Of a DNA stretch of 64,000 nt, positions 27,513-37,844 are shown one piece after another; position 1 is the first letter of the stretch; every line of letters starts with the position of its first letter. This DNA is from Bacteroidia bacterium. Its GTDB lineage: Bacteria > Bacteroidota > Bacteroidia > UKL13-3. Below the pieces are notes generated by a model that saw nothing but the letters and a program-made list of their open reading frames with translations, searched no databases and had not been told where the DNA came from. The DNA lies in assembly GCA_020049855.1 (NCBI GenBank), contig JAGVLJ010000016.1:5603-69602 (forward strand), given 5' to 3'. Both the position numbers and the translations under genes were made by a program.

Positions 27513-28670
27513 TTATTCTACCCATGTTTTATAATACTGAGGATCTTCCATCTTCATGGCCTCTTCGGTTATCATAAGCGGATAAAACGGATCAATCATC
27601 ACAGCCAGTTCTTTTGTTTCTTTAGCCCCAATAGATTTCTCTACCGTACCCGGGTGTGGCCCGTGAGGAATTCCCTTGGGGTGAAGGCTAATCATTCCGC
27701 GCTCTACATGCTTGCGGCTCATAAAATCACCATCCACATAATAGAGCACTTCATCACTATCTACATTGCTGTGGTTGTACGGTGCAGGGATGGCATCGGG
27801 ATGATAATCATACAAACGGGGAACAAAAGAACAAATCACGAAGTTATGTCCTTCAAAAGTTTGATGAATGGGTGGCGGCATGTGCACACGGCCCGTAATG
27901 GGCTCATAATTGTGTATGGAAAACCCAAACGGATAGCTGTACCCATCCCAACCAATGGCATCAAACGGGTGAGTGGCCAGGGTATAGGGGAACATCATAT
28001 CCTGTTTCTTAATCATCACCTTAAACTCTCCCTGCTCATCATGCGTTTCCAGATTTTCGGGCAATTTAATATCACGTTCGCAATAGGGGGAATGTTCCAG
28101 TAATTGCCCGAATTGATTCAGGTATCTTTTGGGAGGACGAATGGGCGAAAAAGATTCGGTTATAAACAGGCGGTTGTTTTCTGTGTTAAAATGCAACTGG
28201 TAAATGATACCGCGCGGAACAACCAGATAGTCGCCATACTCAAAAGGAATTTGACCGTAAAGCGTTTTAAGTACTCCGTTTCCTTCATGAATAAAGATTA
28301 CTTCATCGGCATCGGCATTCTTATAAAAATAATCGGTCATGGATTTTTTAGGTGCGGCCGATGCGAGATACAAATCGCGGTTAAACAATAAATAAACCCT
28401 GCTTTTAAGGTAATCATCCTGAGGGTTGGTTTTAAAGGTGAGAAAACTTCTATTCTGTAGGTTTTTTTCAATGGCGGCCTTCGGAGCTACATCGTAAGGA
28501 GTTCCAATACCTTTAACCAGTGTAGGTGGATGGCAATGGTAAACTAATGAATAGATACTACTAAAACCCTCAGTTGACACTAGTTCTTCTGCATATAATG
28601 TCCCGTCAGTCTTACGAAATTGCGTATGTCGTTTCTGAGGAATCTTTCCTAATCGGTGATAAAATGGCAT
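27513..28670 (-). CDS. hmgA: Homogentisate 1,2-dioxygenase
   Basis: IPQKRHTQFR, NADADE, HMPPPIH, PYNHSNVDSDE and HGPHPG. Confidence 0.96.
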   Translation of the reverse strand: MPFYHRLGKIPQKRHTQFRKTDGTLYAEELVSTEGFSSIYSLVYHCHPPTLVKGIGTPYDVAPKAAIEKNLQNRSFLTFKTNPQDDYLKSRVYLLFNRDLYLASAAPKKSMTDYFYKNADADEVIFIHEGNGVLKTLYGQIPFEYGDYLVVPRGIIYQLHFNTENNRLFITESFSPIRPPKRYLNQFGQLLEHSPYCERDIKLPENLETHDEQGEFKVMIKKQDMMFPYTLATHPFDAIGWDGYSYPFGFSIHNYEPITGRVHMPPPIHQTFEGHNFVICSFVPRLYDYHPDAIPAPYNHSNVDSDEVLYYVDGDFMSRKHVERGMISLHPKGIPHGPHPGTVEKSIGAKETKELAVMIDPFYPLMITEEAMKMEDPQYYKTWVE

Positions 28671-28802
28671 AATTAAATTTATTTTTTAGTGCAACCTTAG
28701 TATGCAGTATCTTTACAAAGTTACTGTTAAGTGATGCGAAAATAATTACAAAAGCTCGCAAAAATCACCAACTTTGCCCACAGGAAAAATGACATAAGTC
28801 AC

Positions 28803-29816
28803 ATGATTAGAATTTTCATTATCAGCCTTATAGTAGCGAATGTATTCCTTACCACCTCTTGCCACAGAGAACAAAACACCTTTTCAACTCTGGTGGACTC
28901 GAATGCATCAGCCGCCATCAGGGATATAAATGAGCAAATTTTAAAGGATCCGCAAAATGCTGAGTTGTATTATAAAAAAGCTAAAACCTACTATACCGAG
29001 AAACGATTGGATAAAGCCGAAGAGGCCATTCAGGCCGCAATTGTAATCGACTCAACCAATGCCCTCTATCATTACCATAAAGGGGAAGTACTTTTTGCGT
29101 TGAATAAAACCATTGCAGCTGCAGCCGAGTTTGAAAAAGCCATCCAATTAAACCCTGAATTTTACGAAGCTTATATTAAACTGGGCGAGCTCTACTTATT
29201 TGTTAAAAAACATAAGGAGTCGCTGGAGTGCTTTACCAAGGCACAGGCATTACAGCCCAATGAGGCAAAAACTTATTTTATGAAGGGGCTCAATTTTAAA
29301 AGTTTAAAGGATACCACCAATGCCTTAGTAAGTTTTCAACGAGCTACCGAAACCGATAATACCTTTATCGATGCCTATATTCAATTGGCTATTCTGCACA
29401 ATGCAATGGGAAATAAAAAACTGGCTTTAGATTTTTACAACGGAGCCATCAGGATAAATGAATTGAATGTGGATGCTCTTTACGGGCGCGCACTATTGCT
29501 GCAGGAAGCCGAAAAATTTGATGATGCCGTAAAAGATTACCGAAAAATAATTTCAGTTAACCCCGGTTACTACCGCGCTTATTACAATATTGGTTTTATT
29601 AATTCTTTTAATCAAAAATATGAGGCGGCCATTGAAAATTTTGGGAAAGCCATTGAAGAAAATCCGGAGTACATTAATGCCTATTATATGCGGGGGTGGT
29701 GTCACGAAAAATTGGGACATAAGCAAGATGCCCTGAATAATTATGAATATACCCTTCAGCTAGATCCTACCTACCCAAAGGCTCTTGAAGGAAAAAAAAG
29801 ACTGGGGGCACAGTAA
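28803..29816 (+). CDS. TPR-repeat protein (probable lipoprotein)
   Basis: Lipobox-like LTTSC; many 34-aa TPR units. Confidence 0.88.
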   Translation: MIRIFIISLIVANVFLTTSCHREQNTFSTLVDSNASAAIRDINEQILKDPQNAELYYKKAKTYYTEKRLDKAEEAIQAAIVIDSTNALYHYHKGEVLFALNKTIAAAAEFEKAIQLNPEFYEAYIKLGELYLFVKKHKESLECFTKAQALQPNEAKTYFMKGLNFKSLKDTTNALVSFQRATETDNTFIDAYIQLAILHNAMGNKKLALDFYNGAIRINELNVDALYGRALLLQEAEKFDDAVKDYRKIISVNPGYYRAYYNIGFINSFNQKYEAAIENFGKAIEENPEYINAYYMRGWCHEKLGHKQDALNNYEYTLQLDPTYPKALEGKKRLGAQ

Positions 29817-30019
29817 CCTGTTGCACTACAAACTTTATAATACACAAGTTGTGGGGCATTACCCTTTGTTTTCACTAACTTAATTCGTTTGAAAGGCCTC
29901 ATTTAAATTATTCAGCAGCGGGAATGGCTGCTAACTGATGTAGCCCCACTCTGGTCAAATCAAAAATTTGAATGGTGTATTTTTCATTTGCTGAAGTGAG
30001 CCAGTTTAAGCTGAGAAAA

Positions 30020-31903
30020 TTAGTAGGCTCTGGCAGTTTTGCCCTCTATAAAATTGATAAAAGCACGGTTCACTACTTTATTGCCTCCAGGTGTTGGGTA
30101 ATTACCCGAGAAGTACCAATCACCAAGATCGAAAGGGCAGGCTATATGAAGATTTTCAATACTCTGATAAATCACTTCTACCTGAGCTCTGCACTCTTTA
30201 GGCGTAACAATGGAAGCCACTTTATTACTAAGTTCGTCATCAGTAAATAAAGCATAGAGTTGCTGCAGGTGATTTTTAATTTCCTCTTTAGGCAAATGCT
30301 CCTGTTCTTTACATCTTGCGTACGTTTCGTCAAGCAAATCTTCTTTACCACGTTCTTTTAACAAAGCAATCATAGCCTGAAAAGCTACAAACTCACTTAA
30401 TTTAGACATATCAATGCCGTAACAGTCGGGGTAACGGATTTGAGGAGCAGAAGAAACAATGATAATTTTTTTAGGATGTAGCCTGTCAAGAATTCTGATA
30501 ATGCTGGTACGTAAAGTGGTACCCCGCACAATAGAATCATCAATTACAACAAGGGTATCTTCATCGTTGTTTATAATTCCGTAGGTAACATCGTAAACGT
30601 GCGCCACCATATCTTCCCTGTGCGTATCGTCAGTAATGAAGGTACGGAGTTTTGCATCTTTCACGGCAATTTTCTCTCTTCGCGGCTTAATACTTAAAAT
30701 TTGTTTCATTTTTGCCAAATCGGGGTTGATGCCAAGTTTCAAGATTTCCTGTGCTTTGTAGTCGGTAAGATAATCATGAACCCCGTCAATTAACCCATAA
30801 AATGCAGTTGCTGCCGTATTGGGTATATAAGAAAAAACAGTATTATCTAAATCATAATTAATAGCTTTAAGAACCTTTGGCGATAGTAAATGTCCCAATT
30901 TTTTTCGTTCAAGGTAAATATCGCGGTCATTGCCTCTTGAAAAATAAATTCGTTCAAATGAGCACGATTTACGCTCGGCAGGCGGTATAATGTTTACTTC
31001 ACTTATTACCCCGGTTTTGCGAACAATAAGGGCATTCCCGGGTTGTAATTCTTTTATATCTGTAAGCCGTATATTAAATCCGGTTTGAATGGCTGGCCTT
31101 TCTGAAGTTACCACCACAATTTCATCGTCATGGTAATAATAACACGGTCTAATACCAGCAGGATCACGAACAACGAATGCATCTCCGTGCCCCATCATTC
31201 CAGCAAGGGTATAGCCTCCGTCAACTTCTTTTAAAGATCTTTTAAGGATATGTTCAATATTTAAATTTTGGGCAATGAGTGGCGAAATATCCTTGTTGCT
31301 GTAGCCTTCTTTTTTAAACTGATCAAACAATACCTGATTTTCTTCATCTAGAAAATGTCCTATTTTCTCGAGCATGGTAACGGTGTCGGCTTTTTCCCTT
31401 GGATGTTGGCCAATGTCTACCAATAATCCGAAAAGTTCATCAACATTGGTCATATTGAAATTTCCTGCCAACATCAGGTTGCGGCTCATCCAATTGTTTT
31501 CACGAATAAAAGGATGGCATTTATCTTCCGAATTTTCGCCATGAGTGCCATACCTTAAATGGCCAAGCAGCAACTCTCCGGCAAAGGGTACATTGGCCTT
31601 TAGAAAGTCGGCATCTTTATTTCCGCTTTGATTTATTTTTGCACTTATTCGGGCAAAAATATCAGCTACCGCACCACTTCCGGCCGTACGTTTTCGAAAT
31701 ACATATGGATTTCCCGGCTCGGGATCAAGTTTAATAACCCCTACTCCCGCTCCATCCTGACCGCGATTGTGTTGCTTTTCCATTAACAGGTAAAGTTTCT
31801 TCAGTCCGTACAAAGCCGACCCGTATTTTTCCTGATAAAATGATAAAGGTTTTAGAAGACGAATAAATGCGATTCCGCACTCGTGTTTGATGGCGTCACT
31901 CAT
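30020..31903 (-). CDS. purF: Amidophosphoribosyltransferase (Bacteroidota long form)
   Basis: MSDAIKHECG, QHNRGQDGAG, GHLRYGT, CSFERIYFSR and DDSIVRGTT. Confidence 0.95.
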   Translation of the reverse strand: MSDAIKHECGIAFIRLLKPLSFYQEKYGSALYGLKKLYLLMEKQHNRGQDGAGVGVIKLDPEPGNPYVFRKRTAGSGAVADIFARISAKINQSGNKDADFLKANVPFAGELLLGHLRYGTHGENSEDKCHPFIRENNWMSRNLMLAGNFNMTNVDELFGLLVDIGQHPREKADTVTMLEKIGHFLDEENQVLFDQFKKEGYSNKDISPLIAQNLNIEHILKRSLKEVDGGYTLAGMMGHGDAFVVRDPAGIRPCYYYHDDEIVVVTSERPAIQTGFNIRLTDIKELQPGNALIVRKTGVISEVNIIPPAERKSCSFERIYFSRGNDRDIYLERKKLGHLLSPKVLKAINYDLDNTVFSYIPNTAATAFYGLIDGVHDYLTDYKAQEILKLGINPDLAKMKQILSIKPRREKIAVKDAKLRTFITDDTHREDMVAHVYDVTYGIINNDEDTLVVIDDSIVRGTTLRTSIIRILDRLHPKKIIIVSSAPQIRYPDCYGIDMSKLSEFVAFQAMIALLKERGKEDLLDETYARCKEQEHLPKEEIKNHLQQLYALFTDDELSNKVASIVTPKECRAQVEVIYQSIENLHIACPFDLGDWYFSGNYPTPGGNKVVNRAFINFIEGKTARAY

Positions 31904-32004
31904 GGTGAAATTTCAAAGTGCAAAAATAGCAAATATAAAATGGAATGACACATAAACTGTGGTTATAAATTAACCATGAATTAACATTTAAGAATAATTA
32001 AACC

Positions 32005-32328
32005 CTAAGGTTTCCTATCGGACTGTTTGGAGAAGGCAATAACATATTTTAGAATATAACTTTGCGAAACATTATCAAGTTTTGCCCTTGAACACATCAA
32101 CGGAATGATATTCATCCATTCCAACTCTGTATGTTCATTGGGTTTATGATATGAATGGCACTTATGGCAATTTTGCTCAAATAGTAGTTTACCCTTATTC
32201 AATTCGGCCAAAGTAACATTTGGAAAACGTTTAGCAGCCTGCACTACTTCTTGCTCGCGGGGAACGGGTAATTTGTGAACGGAACACGCCAAAGCCAGCA
32301 TTAACGACAGTAAGACAAAATATTTCAT
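32005..32328 (-). CDS. Small monoheme cytochrome c lipoprotein
   Basis: Lipobox LALAC; GKLLFEQNCHKCH; W..IIPLM distal Met. Confidence 0.8.
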   Translation of the reverse strand: MKYFVLLSLMLALACSVHKLPVPREQEVVQAAKRFPNVTLAELNKGKLLFEQNCHKCHSYHKPNEHTELEWMNIIPLMCSRAKLDNVSQSYILKYVIAFSKQSDRKP

Positions 32329-32348
32329 ACGTGACTCCTAGTTAAAAA

Positions 32349-32648
32349 CTACCCCCGTTTATGTTCAGCTTTTGGGCGAATCAGTGCAAGTGCATCAATG
32401 ATAATTTCAAGTTGCTCTATTAAATCCTTATTTTCTGTTTGACAAACTACAAAAACCGGCTCAAGGGTAATAAGGTATGGGGCAGCAGCTAAAACACCTG
32501 CAATATATGCCTTCTGCAATTTCATGGCCGGCTTGCTACCCGGTTTCACTTCATTTACAATAAAAACAATATTCAGTCGATCTTTTATTTTTTTCAGACG
32601 GTTAATTCGATGGTTAATTTTCTGATCGTTCTTCTTTAATGGTTTCAT
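32349..32648 (-). CDS. Hypothetical protein
   Basis: 99-aa ORF co-oriented with its neighbours; no recognisable motif. Confidence 0.5.
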   Translation of the reverse strand: MKPLKKNDQKINHRINRLKKIKDRLNIVFIVNEVKPGSKPAMKLQKAYIAGVLAAAPYLITLEPVFVVCQTENKDLIEQLEIIIDALALIRPKAEHKRG

Positions 32649-32787
32649 TTAATCTACTAATATGGAGTTATTATCTAATCTAAATTAATTTTAAGAGTGC
32701 TGAAAAATAGGTAAGAAAAAATTTAGCGGTATTTTTAATAGACGAAAAGAAGTTTAACGAACTGCTTAGTAACTTACAGGTGAATCT

Positions 32788-33279
32788 TTATGAAGTTATA
32801 TGGTCAAATTTAAGCTTTTTTATCTTTTTTAAAGGCCCCGGACAATTTTCTGTATGGCATTGAATACAAGCATCAATCACTAAATTAAAGCGCTCCATTG
32901 CTTTCCCTCCCGGCTGAACCAACTCATTAAATCTTCGTTTGAACTGCCCCGCTCTAATAAAAAACTGATCAGTAAGCACGCTGGAGTCGGTGGGTTCGGC
33001 ATAAATAAAATTAACCATTTTAAACTGTCCTGTTTGCAATTCAGTTCCGCTTTCAATTTGGCCACGAATCGCCAACATTTGTTCATACATGGTACGCATT
33101 CCAACAGCCATAGGCTTCGTGTTATCTGGATACAAAGTGGTACAGGAAGACGTGGAATCATGATGTGTTAGTGAACTGTCTGCCAATAATGAAACCGTTC
33201 CGTCTCCTTTGTGCTCCGAAGTGCATGCAGCAACTACCACAAATGTGGTGAAAATACAAAAAACTACAATCCGTTGCAT
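32788..33279 (-). CDS. Lipoprotein with C-terminal CxxCH (cytochrome c'-like helical bundle)
   Basis: Lipobox VAAC; FNLVIDACIQCH...CPGP. Confidence 0.75.
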   Translation of the reverse strand: MQRIVVFCIFTTFVVVAACTSEHKGDGTVSLLADSSLTHHDSTSSCTTLYPDNTKPMAVGMRTMYEQMLAIRGQIESGTELQTGQFKMVNFIYAEPTDSSVLTDQFFIRAGQFKRRFNELVQPGGKAMERFNLVIDACIQCHTENCPGPLKKIKKLKFDHITS

Positions 33280-33290
33280 AAATGAATGAA

Positions 33291-33734
33291 CTACTGAATA
33301 AGTACTCCATCAGCCTCAAAAACCAATTCAAGCTTTGGTTCTTTAATGGCATCAATGTCAGTTTGTGATTTACCAGCATCTTTTGCATAATGCTTCAACT
33401 CCTCAACCGAAGTTTCCTGCCAGCTTGCTACTCCTTCAATAACTACCGTTTTACCGGCAGTATTTTTTGGAACAAAAAACGCGTACCCTTTAAATGTGAT
33501 TCGCATCGTTTGTTCGTTACCCAAATCAATTTTCATCCAACAACCTTTTCTCTGACACACTTCCAAAATTTTGCCTGTGAGCGTTACTTTCACCTCCTTT
33601 TTACCTTGCATCATGGCCGATAACTCATTGGCCGGTGTAACCACGTCCTTTGAAACCTTTGCGCCATAATTTTGCTGAGCAAAGCCTGCTAAAGAAAATA
33701 AACTTATGAAGGTAAAAATAAATAACCGTTTCAT
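33291..33734 (-). CDS. DUF4920 domain secreted protein
   Basis: True start MKRLFIF at 33734; VCQRKGCWM, FKGYAFFVPK, LKHYAKDAGKS and FEADGV. Confidence 0.9.
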   Translation of the reverse strand: MKRLFIFTFISLFSLAGFAQQNYGAKVSKDVVTPANELSAMMQGKKEVKVTLTGKILEVCQRKGCWMKIDLGNEQTMRITFKGYAFFVPKNTAGKTVVIEGVASWQETSVEELKHYAKDAGKSQTDIDAIKEPKLELVFEADGVLIQ

Positions 33735-33750
33735 ATATACTTTTTCAAAT

Positions 33751-35604
33751 TTAATAACTGTTGTTATCTCCTCCTGACTTTCCTTTGAATTTTGAGAATT
33801 TTTCTTTTCGGCTTCCCCCAAAAGAACTGTTTTCTCCTTTGCCATGAAAGGATGACCTGCCACTTCCATTTCCTCCACCGTCTCCTCTTCCATATCCCCC
33901 ACGTCCGCGCGATTCACTCCTGTTTCCATCATTTCTTCTTCCTCCCGAAAAGCCCCCGCGCTCGCCACCCCTTTCAAATTTACGCCCCCCATCCCGTGAA
34001 CGTGATTCCTCTCCTGAAACTTCAGCTCTTATTTTGCGCCCACGGTACTGCTGATTGCGCATATTATCAATAAACTGTTCAGCAAGAGATGAACTTACTT
34101 CAACAAATGCATACGCATTTTTAATACTGATGCGGCCAATATCTGTTTTATTATAGCTTGTACAATCCATTACAAAACGGAACAATGAACCTTTATCAAA
34201 CCCATCCATAGTTCCTACACTCACAAACACGCGTGTAAAATCGCCAGAATCACGTGACGATAATTCCTTCTGATTTGCATCATAATTCAAATCAGGTGCA
34301 TTTTTATAATAATTCAGGAAACGATTAAACTCGACCGAAGCAAATTTTTTAATTAACTCTTCTTTGGTTAAAACCTGAAGTTCCTCCATTATACGTCCAA
34401 GGTATGGCTCGATGGCTGAATCATTAACTTCCACTTTATGTACGTTGTTAATAATATTGAATAATTGCTTTTCGCAAACATCAACCCCACTAGGAATAAT
34501 CTCCTTTTCAAACTTTGCTTTTGTTAATCGTTCCATCTGTTTCAGTTTCCCTACTTCTTTCGGATTAACAATAGTAATTGAAACTCCCTTCTTGCCCGCA
34601 CGCGCGGTACGTCCGCTTCTGTGGGTATAACTCTCCAATTCATCGGGAATGGAATAATTTATTACATGTGTAATGTCATTCACATCAATACCACGAGCTG
34701 CCACATCTGTTGCAACCAACAATTGCAGTGAACGCTGGCGAAAACGATTCATCACTTTATCACGCTGCTGCTGACTTAAATCTCCGTGAAGGGCATCTGC
34801 ATTGTATCCTTCGCGTATTAATTTTTCGGCAATTTCCTGTGTTTCTATTTTTGTTTGAGCAAAAATAATCCCGAAAATATCCGGCTGATAATCGATAACG
34901 CGCTTTAATGAATCAAATTTGTGATTGGCTCTGGTAATGTAATAAACGTGTTTAATATTTTCGGCTGTGGTATTTTTATGACCTACCGTTAGCTCAAAAG
35001 GGTTCGTCATAAACCGTTCTGCAATCTGACGAACTTCGCGGGGCATTGTTGCAGAGAACAACCAAACATTTTTCTCTCCGGTAACGTGAGATAGAATAAA
35101 TTCAATATCGTCACGAAAACCCATATTAAGCATTTCATCTGCTTCGTCAAGCACCACGTACCTTATGGCTGCCAGATTTATCACCTTACGCTCCATTAAG
35201 TCCATTAATCGGCCAGGAGTTGCCACAATAATTTGAGCACCCCGTTTTATTTCCGAAATCTGTCCACTTATGCTTGCTCCGCCATACACCGATACCAAAT
35301 GAGCCCCTTTAGTATGAGAAGAATATTTCTCCAAATCGCCTTTTACCTGCATACATAATTCGCGGGTAGGGCAAAGAATAAGACCCTGGGTAGTTTTTAT
35401 TGAGAAATTCAGATGATTGATCAGCGGTAAACCAAATGCTGCTGTTTTCCCGGTTCCTGTTTGGGCAAGACCCATAAAATCTCTTGTACCTGTGAGCAAT
35501 ACGGGAATTGATTGCTCCTGGATTGGCGTTGGTTGTTGAAAGCCTAACTCTTCTACTGCCTTGGCAATCTCCGGCTTCAACCCCAGCGTTGAAAATAATG
35601 TCAT
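33751..35604 (-). CDS. DEAD-box RNA helicase (DeaD/CsdA-like) with DbpA RNA-binding domain and RG-rich tail
   Basis: AQTGTGKT, PTREL, DEAD, SAT and HRSGRTARAG. Confidence 0.95.
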   Translation of the reverse strand: MTLFSTLGLKPEIAKAVEELGFQQPTPIQEQSIPVLLTGTRDFMGLAQTGTGKTAAFGLPLINHLNFSIKTTQGLILCPTRELCMQVKGDLEKYSSHTKGAHLVSVYGGASISGQISEIKRGAQIIVATPGRLMDLMERKVINLAAIRYVVLDEADEMLNMGFRDDIEFILSHVTGEKNVWLFSATMPREVRQIAERFMTNPFELTVGHKNTTAENIKHVYYITRANHKFDSLKRVIDYQPDIFGIIFAQTKIETQEIAEKLIREGYNADALHGDLSQQQRDKVMNRFRQRSLQLLVATDVAARGIDVNDITHVINYSIPDELESYTHRSGRTARAGKKGVSITIVNPKEVGKLKQMERLTKAKFEKEIIPSGVDVCEKQLFNIINNVHKVEVNDSAIEPYLGRIMEELQVLTKEELIKKFASVEFNRFLNYYKNAPDLNYDANQKELSSRDSGDFTRVFVSVGTMDGFDKGSLFRFVMDCTSYNKTDIGRISIKNAYAFVEVSSSLAEQFIDNMRNQQYRGRKIRAEVSGEESRSRDGGRKFERGGERGGFSGGRRNDGNRSESRGRGGYGRGDGGGNGSGRSSFHGKGENSSFGGSRKEKFSKFKGKSGGDNNSY

Positions 35605-35674
35605 AAATTGTGTTTCCTAAAATGAGGCGCAAAGGTATTGAAATATATCCGTCTATCAAAGAACTTATTGAAAT

Positions 35675-35866
35675 TCAGACATTCGGATTGTTCATCAATT
35701 GGTTTATCAGCCAATTTAGCTCGCCCTTTACTCTACGTGCCCGCCTCATTTGCACCCTTTTACTTTTTAGGAACTCAAAAAACATAACAAACAGATAAAT
35801 AATAACAAACAAAAGAAACTGAGCGACTAATACAGGGGCGAAGAAGGAAGGTACGAATGTTTCCAT
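35675..35866 (-). CDS. Possible small single-TM protein
   Basis: 63 aa; hydrophobic helix followed by a basic stretch; fills an otherwise empty gap. Confidence 0.45.
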   Translation of the reverse strand: METFVPSFFAPVLVAQFLLFVIIYLFVMFFEFLKSKRVQMRRARRVKGELNWLINQLMNNPNV

Positions 35867-36018
35867 GTGAAAGCATTAAGAAAGTTATATGTTATCGCTT
35901 TCAAAAGAAGTAAGTATAGTTAAACAGAATGTTTCGTTCAGGTTATGTTTTAATTACCTATAAAGGTCACAAATATATTCCTGATAATCTGCCTACCCAT
36001 TTATATTTGCAGTTTAAA

Positions 36019-36960
36019 ATGAACAAAAAAACAACATATCACATTTTACTCTATTACTGTTATAGCCCAATAGAAAATGCCCAGCAATTTGCCATTGATC
36101 ATTTGGCATTTTGCAAAGAGCTAAAACTAAGAGGTAGAATAATTGTTGCCAGCGAGGGACTTAACGGAACAATAAGCGGCACCATAGAGGCTTGTGAAGT
36201 ATATAGAGCAACCATATTGGCCGATTACCGCTTTGCAAAAACCGATTTTAAGATTGATGAAAGCGACAGCCACGCTTTCCAAAAAATGCACGTAAGGTAC
36301 AAACCGGAAATTGTCCATTCGGGGCTCAGAAATCCGGAAGAGGTAAATCCGAATAGAAAAACCGGCATTCATCTAAGTGGTGAAGAATTTCAAAAATTAA
36401 AAGAAAATAAGGATGTAGTATTGATTGACGTGCGGTCAAACTACGAACATCAGGTAGGCCATTTTAAAGGAGCAATTACCCTTGATATGGAAAATTTCAG
36501 AGAGTTTCCTGAAAAAATAAAAGAGTTGGAGTACCTGAAAAATAAAAAAATAATAACCTATTGTACCGGAGGAATTAAATGCGAAAAAGCCTCTGCCCTA
36601 TTGCTCAAAGAAGGATTTAAAGACGTATTTCAGCTTCATGGCGGCATAGTGAAATATGCTAAAGAAACCGGAGGAAAAGACTTTGATGGAGTATGTTATG
36701 TGTTTGATAATAGGGTAACCATTCCTGTAAATTCGATAAATCCAACCACAGTTAGTAAATGTCATATTTGTGGGGTCTCCACTTTCAGAATGATAAATTG
36801 CGCCAACCCCGAATGTAACAATCACCTGCCGGTATGCGAAGAATGCGGATGGGATATGGATGGTGCCTGCTCAGCAGAATGTAAAGCACATCCTAAAAAA
36901 AGAACCTACAATGGCACGGGCTATTATGTTAAAAATACTGACCCGGCTCATCTTGACTGA
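36019..36960 (+). CDS. trhO: Rhodanese-domain tRNA uridine(34) hydroxylase (YceA/UPF0176)
   Basis: LRGRIIVASEGLNGT, DVRSNYE, YCTGGIKCEK, L.GGI and CYVFDNR; start probably ATG 36019. Confidence 0.9.
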   Translation: MNKKTTYHILLYYCYSPIENAQQFAIDHLAFCKELKLRGRIIVASEGLNGTISGTIEACEVYRATILADYRFAKTDFKIDESDSHAFQKMHVRYKPEIVHSGLRNPEEVNPNRKTGIHLSGEEFQKLKENKDVVLIDVRSNYEHQVGHFKGAITLDMENFREFPEKIKELEYLKNKKIITYCTGGIKCEKASALLLKEGFKDVFQLHGGIVKYAKETGGKDFDGVCYVFDNRVTIPVNSINPTTVSKCHICGVSTFRMINCANPECNNHLPVCEECGWDMDGACSAECKAHPKKRTYNGTGYYVKNTDPAHLD

Positions 36961-36965
36961 ATAAA

Positions 36966-37521
36966 ATGAATGCGCTAAAGTCAAACCTTAATCCGAAACA
37001 ATGGTTGGATTTATATGCCAACCAGCTTTTTCGTTTTGCCTAAGAACAAATCAAGCAAAAAGAAACTACCAAAGAACTTGTTCAGGAAACTTTTGTATCC
37101 GTCCTTAAAGCACTCCCAAACTTTAAGGGAAGATGTATCAAAAATGAATCGGTATATACCATTCTGAAAAATAAAATAATTGACCATCCCCGTAAAAACT
37201 CCCATTTACATAAAAACCTTTGAAACTATCAAAAAGAATACAGCTATGGCTTTGATGATTTAGGTCATTGGAAACTAGAAAGGATGAACAGAGACTGGGG
37301 AATAATTGAAAATGATGTGCGGCTGGATAAAGAGTTTAGGGAAGGCTCGCATTGTGCCAAAATAACTGACCGAAATACAGAATGCGGTCGTTGCACTGAA
37401 ATAGATTGATGGAACAAACTCGAATTAAATTTGCAAGAAATTAACTATTTCATCGTCTAATTATAGGGTAATTATGCACCGCGCAAAACTTATCCTTCGG
37501 GCATTTATCCAAAATAACTGA
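36966..37521 (+). pseudogene. Decayed ECF sigma factor gene
   Basis: LNPKQWLDLYANQLFRFA*...ELVQETF...ILKNKIIDH...ICKKLTISSSNYRVIMHRAKL; stops at 37041, 37221, 37402, 37426 and 37519 plus a frameshift near 37355. Confidence 0.88.
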
Positions 37522-37539
37522 CTAAACGATAATGCCTAT

Positions 37540-37770
37540 ATGAAACTGAAAATAACTTGTAGGGGAGGTAGCTTTCTGGTAACAAAAAGCAAGGAGTATC
37601 GGCTTACATATGGCGAAAAAATAAGGATGACCCTTCACCTGCTTATTTGCAAATGTTGCTGCTTGTTTAAACATCAAAATAAAATACTTGATAAAGCACT
37701 ATCTGTAAATATCTACCTTGATCAATTAACCGATTCAGAAAAGGAAAAAGTTAAGCAATTAATAGGCTAA
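37540..37770 (+). CDS. zf-HC2 (zinc-binding) anti-sigma-like small protein, possibly degenerating
   Basis: ITC...L...EK.RM.LHLLICKCC pattern directly after the sigma remnant. Confidence 0.6.
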   Translation: MKLKITCRGGSFLVTKSKEYRLTYGEKIRMTLHLLICKCCCLFKHQNKILDKALSVNIYLDQLTDSEKEKVKQLIG

Positions 37771-37844
37771 TTGGTATTTTCCTAGCGCGATAGTGCCCTG
37801 AAGCAAATTAAAAAAAACGACAACCTATCTCCATATATTTGTGT

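Noticed and set aside
27450-28391. Antisense ORFs (217 and 95 aa) over hmgA
   Set aside because: Shadow ORFs of a well-supported gene
33735-33992. 86-aa acidic N-terminal extension of DUF4920 overlapping the helicase
   Set aside because: It is an alternate-frame read of the purine-rich RG tail; the signal peptide begins at ATG 33734
25822-37521. Stop-codon reassignment as the explanation for in-frame stops
   Set aside because: Internal stops include TAA, TAG and TGA and come with frameshifts, while intact genes end at all three stop codons
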